From Eledone cirrhosa (Eukaryota): a stretch of DNA of 64,000 bases. This document shows positions 59,842 through 64,000 of the stretch, in pieces. How positions within the stretch are numbered: the first letter of the stretch is position 1; the number at the start of each line of letters is the position of its first letter. The stretch is from positions 82,584,001 to 82,648,000 of the forward strand of contig OZ024745.1 in assembly GCA_964016885.1 (NCBI GenBank). Direction: 5' to 3'. The translations under genes and the position numbers were made by a program. The notes under the pieces are model-generated. The model saw only the letters and a list, made by a program, of their open reading frames with translations. It was not told the origin of the DNA and did not search any database.

Positions 59842-61160
59842 ATGTAGTCTTACATAACCCCTTTACCACCATTACAGTGCACAATGTAGTCTTACATAAC
59901 CCCTTTACCACCGTTACAGTGGACAATGTAGTCTTACATAACCCCTTTACCACCATTACAATGGACAATGTAGTCTTACATAACCCCTTTACCACCATTA
60001 CAATGGACAATGTAGTTTTTACATAACCCTTTTATCACCATTACAGTAGACAATGTAGCCTTAAATAACCACTTTACCACCATTACAGTGGGTAATGTAG
60101 CCTTACATAACCTCTTTACCACCATTTCAGTGGGTAATGTAGCCTTACATAACCCCTTTACCAGCATTACAGAGGACAATGTAGTCTTACATAACCCCTT
60201 TGCCACCATTACAGTGGACAATGTAGTCTTACATAACCCCTTTACCACCATTACAGTGGACATTGTAGTCTTACATAGCCCCTTTACCACCATTACAGTG
60301 GACAATGTAGTCTTACATAACACATTTACCACCATTACAGTGGACAATGTAGCCTTACATAACCCCTTTACCACCGTTACAGTGGACAATGTAGTCTTAC
60401 ATAACCCCTTTACCTCCATTATAGTGGACAATTTTGTCTTACATAACCCCTTTACCACCATTACAGTGGACAGTGTAGCCTTACATAACCCCTTTACCAC
60501 CATTACAGTGGACAGTGTAGCCTTACATAACCCCATTACCACCATTACAGTGGACAATGTAGTCTTACATAACCCCTTTACCACCATTACAGTGGACAAT
60601 GTAGCCTTACATAACCTCTTTACCACCATTACAGTGGACAGTGTAGCCTTACATAACCCCTTTACCACCATTACAGTGGACAATGTAGTCTTACATAACC
60701 ACTTTACCACCATTACAGTTGACAATGTAGTCTTACATAACCCCTTTACCACCATTACAGTTGACAATGTAATCTTACATAACCCCTTTACCACTATTAC
60801 AGTGGACAGTGTAGCCTTACATAACCCCTTTACCACCATTACAGTTGACAATGTAGTCTTACATAACCCCTTTACCACCATTACAGTTGACAACGTAATC
60901 TTACATAACCCCTTTACCACCATTACAGTGGACAGTGTAGCCTTACATAACCCCTCTACCACCATTACAGTGGGTAATGTAGTCTTACATAACCCCTTTA
61001 CCACCATTACAGTGGACAATGTAGTCTTACATAACCCCTTTACCACCATTACAGTGGACAATGTAGTCTTACATAACCTGTTTACCACCATTACAGTAGA
61101 CAATGTAGTCTTACATAACCCCTTTAGCACCATTACAGTGGACAATGTAGTCTTACATAA
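58900..61160. repeat. Block paralogous to ~52300-54610 (offset ~6553)
   Basis: The GTAGTTTTTACA insertion occurs at ~53463 and ~60016. ORFs 53535 and 60088 begin with the same variant series (TTTGCC, GACATT, CATAGC, AACACA, TCCATTATA). Confidence 0.85.
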
Positions 61161-63419
61161 CCCCTTTTACCACCATTACAGTGGACAATGTAGTCTTACA
61201 TAACCCCTTTACCACCATTACACTGGACAATGTAGTCTTACATAACCCCTTTATCACCATTACAGTGGACAATGTAGCCTTACATAACCCCTTTACCATA
61301 ATTACATTGGGTAATGCAGTCTTACATAACCCCTTTACTACCATTACAGTGGAAAATGTAATCTTACATAACCCCTTCATCACGATTACAGTGGACAATG
61401 TAGCCTTACATAACCCCTTTACCACTATTACAGTGGACAATGTAGTCTTACATAACCCCTTTACCACCATTACAGTGGACAATTTTGTCTTACATAACCC
61501 CTTTACAATCATTACAGTAGACAATGTAGCCTTACATAACCCCTTTACAACCATTACAGTGGACAGTGTAGCCTTACATAACCCCTTTACCACCATTACA
61601 GTGGACAATGTAGTCTTACATAACCCCTTTACCACCATTACAGTGTACAATGTAGCCTTACATAACCCCTTTACCACCATTAGAGTTTACAATGTAGTCT
61701 TACATAACCCCTTTACCATCATTACAGTTGACAATGTAATCTTACATAACCCCTTTACCACCATTACAGTGGACAGTGTAGCCTTACATAACCCCTTTAC
61801 CACCATTACAGTGGAAAATGTAGTCTTACATAACCCCTCTACCACCATTACAGTGGGTAATGTAGTCTTACATAACCCCTTTACCACCATTAAAGTGGAC
61901 AATGTAGTCTTACATAACCCCTTAACCACCATTACAGTGGACAATTTTGTCTTACATAACCCCTTTACCACCATTACAGTGGACAATGTAGTCTTACATA
62001 ACCCCTTTACCACCATTACAGTGGAAAATGTAGTCTTACATAACCCCTTTACCACCATTACAGTGGACAATGTAGCCTTACATAACCCCTTTACCACCAT
62101 TACAGTGGCCAATGTAGTCTTACATAATCCCTTTACCACCATTACAGTGGACAATTTTGTCTTACATAGCCCCTTTACCACCATTACAGTGGACAGTGTA
62201 GCCTTACATAACCCCTTTACCACCATTACAGTGGACAGTGTAGCCTTACATAACCCCTTTACCACCATTACAGTTGACAATGTAGTCTTACATAACCCCT
62301 TTACCACCATTACAGTGCACAATGTAGACTTACATAACCCCTTTCCACCATTACAGTGGACAATGTAGTCTTACATAACCCCTTTACCACCATTACAATG
62401 GACAATGTAGTCTTACATAACCCCTTTACCACCATTACAATGGACAATGTAGTTTTTACATAACCCCTTTACCAGCATTACAGTGGAAAATGTAATCTTA
62501 CATAACCCCTTTATCACGATTACAGTGGACAATGTAGTCTTACATAACCCATTTACCACCATTACAGTGGACAATGTAGTCTTACATAACCCCTTTACCA
62601 CCATTACAGTGGACAATGTAGCCTTACATAACCTCCTTACCACCATTACAGTGGGTAATGTAGTCTTACATAACACCTTTACCACCATTACAGTGGACAA
62701 TGTAGTCTTACATAACCCTTTTATCACCATTACAGTAGACAATGTAGCCTTACATAACCACTTTACCACCATTACAGTGGGTAATGTAGCCTTACATAAC
62801 CTTTTACCACCATTTCAGTGGGTAATGTAGCCTTACATAACCCATTTACCACCATTACAGAGGACAATGTAGTCTTACATAACCCCTTTGCCACCATTAC
62901 AGTGGACAATGTAGTCTTACATAACCCCTTTACCACCATTACAGTGGACAATGTAGTCTTACATAGCCCCTTTACCACCATTACAGTGGACAATGTAGTC
63001 TTACATAACACATTTACCACCATTACAGTGGACAATGTAGCCTTACATAACCCCTTTACCACCGTTACAGTGGACAATGTAGTCTTACATAACCCCTTTA
63101 CCTCCATTATAGTGGACAATTTTGTCTTACATAACCCCTTTACCACCATTACAGTGGACAGTGTAGCCTTACATAACCCCTTTACCACCATTACAGTGGA
63201 CAGTGTAGCCTTACATAACCCCATTACCACCATTACAGTGGACAATGTAGTCTTACATAACCCCTTTACCACCATTACAGTGGACAATGTAGCCTTACAT
63301 AACCCCTTTACCACCATTACAGTGGACAGTGTAGCCTTACATAACCCCTTTACCACCATTACAGTGGACAATGTAGTCTTACATAACCCCTTTACCACCA
63401 TTACAGTTGACAATGTAGT

Positions 63420-64000
63420 CTTACATAACCCCTTTACCGCTGTTACAGTGGACAACGTTGTCTTACGTAACCCCTTTACCACCATTACAGTGGACAATGT
63501 AGCCTTACATAACCCCTTTACCACCATTACAGTAGACAATGTAGACTTACATAACCTCTTTACCACCATTTCAGTGGACAATGTAGTCTTACATAACCCT
63601 TTTATCACCATTACAGTAGACAGTGTAGCCTTACATAACCCCTTTACCACCATTACAGTGGGTAATGTAGCCTTACATAACCTCTTTACCACCATTTCAG
63701 TGGGTAATGTAGCCTAACATAACCCCTGTACCAACATTACAGTGGGTTATGTAGCCTTACATAACCGCTTTACCACCATTACAGTGGGTTATGTTGTCTT
63801 ACATAACCCCTTTACCACCATTACAGTGGGCAATGTAGCCTTACATAACCCCATTGCCACCATTACAGTGGACAATGTAGTCTTACATAACCCCTTTACC
63901 TCCATTACAGTGGACAATGTAGTCTTACATACACTGTTTACCACCATTACAGTAGACAATGTAGTCTTACATAACCCCTTTACCACCATTACAGTGGACA
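63420..64000. repeat. Block paralogous to ~48800-49380 (offset 14619)
   Basis: Shared rare run ACCGCT, AACGTTGTCTTACGT, GCCTAACATAACCCCTGTACCAAC, AACCGC, ATTGCC, ACACTG. ORFs 49170..49382 and 63789..63989 match, and both upstream ORFs end at the same TAA (49098/63717). Confidence 0.87.

Larger units (their letters stand above)
1..64000. repeat. 42-bp tandem repeat (satellite) array, ~1,520 head-to-tail monomers, consensus ACCATTACAGTGGACAATGTAGTCTTACATAACCCCTTTACC
   Basis: The unit is read directly at 42-bp period from position 1 to 64000 (64000/42 = ~1524). Most monomers carry 0-3 substitutions and there are occasional 1-bp indels. No intervening unique DNA and no strand switch were seen. 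Confidence 0.99.

Noticed and set aside
1-64000. All ORFs in the six-frame track as protein-coding genes (giant repeat or surface proteins)
   Set aside because: They are translations of the 42-bp unit on both strands at once, with no unique domains, signal peptides, promoters or intergenic DNA. Their boundaries are set by random stops and 1-bp indels that are copied along with array duplications.
1-64000. CRISPR array or other repeat-spacer system
   Set aside because: Monomers abut directly with no unique spacers, variation is limited to a few substitutions, and there is no leader or cas gene.
1-64000. A fixed-period higher-order repeat across the array
   Set aside because: Observed duplication units (24, 28, 65, 88, 92, 110, 119 monomers) share no common period, and each occurs only two or three times.
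1-64000. Diversity-generating or antigenic-variation cassette system
   Set aside because: There is no reverse transcriptase, recombinase or expression locus, and no adenine-specific variable region. The variant pattern is explained by ordinary satellite turnover.

Overview
The whole 64-kb window is one uninterrupted head-to-tail tandem array (satellite DNA) of a 42-bp monomer, consensus ACCATTACAGTGGACAATGTAGTCTTACATAACCCCTTTACC (17/42 GC, no CpG). There are about 1,520 copies, all in the same orientation, with no unique sequence, spacers, insertions, RNA genes or mobile elements visible. Both array ends lie outside the window. The long ORFs on both strands (14-aa repeats TITVDNVVLHNPFT and VMVVKGLCKTTLST) arise because two frames of the 42-bp unit lack a stop codon; I do not consider them genes. 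The information is in the pattern of variant monomers. It shows (i) nested, recent tandem duplications of 1010, 2730, 3696, 3868, 4620 and 5001 bp; (ii) a long-range paralogy in which 1-9.4 kb is a deleted/rearranged copy of 26-44.7 kb; (iii) an older ~12-monomer variant cassette scattered through the array; (iv) a diverged, mostly unduplicated zone at ~47-51 kb; and (v) two overlapping quasi-palindromes in the monomer that several recurrent variants perfect, suggestive of template-switch mutagenesis. I see no support for a novel protein-coding or defence system. Offsets were derived by hand from the ORF track and spot checks of the sequence, not by computed alignment.
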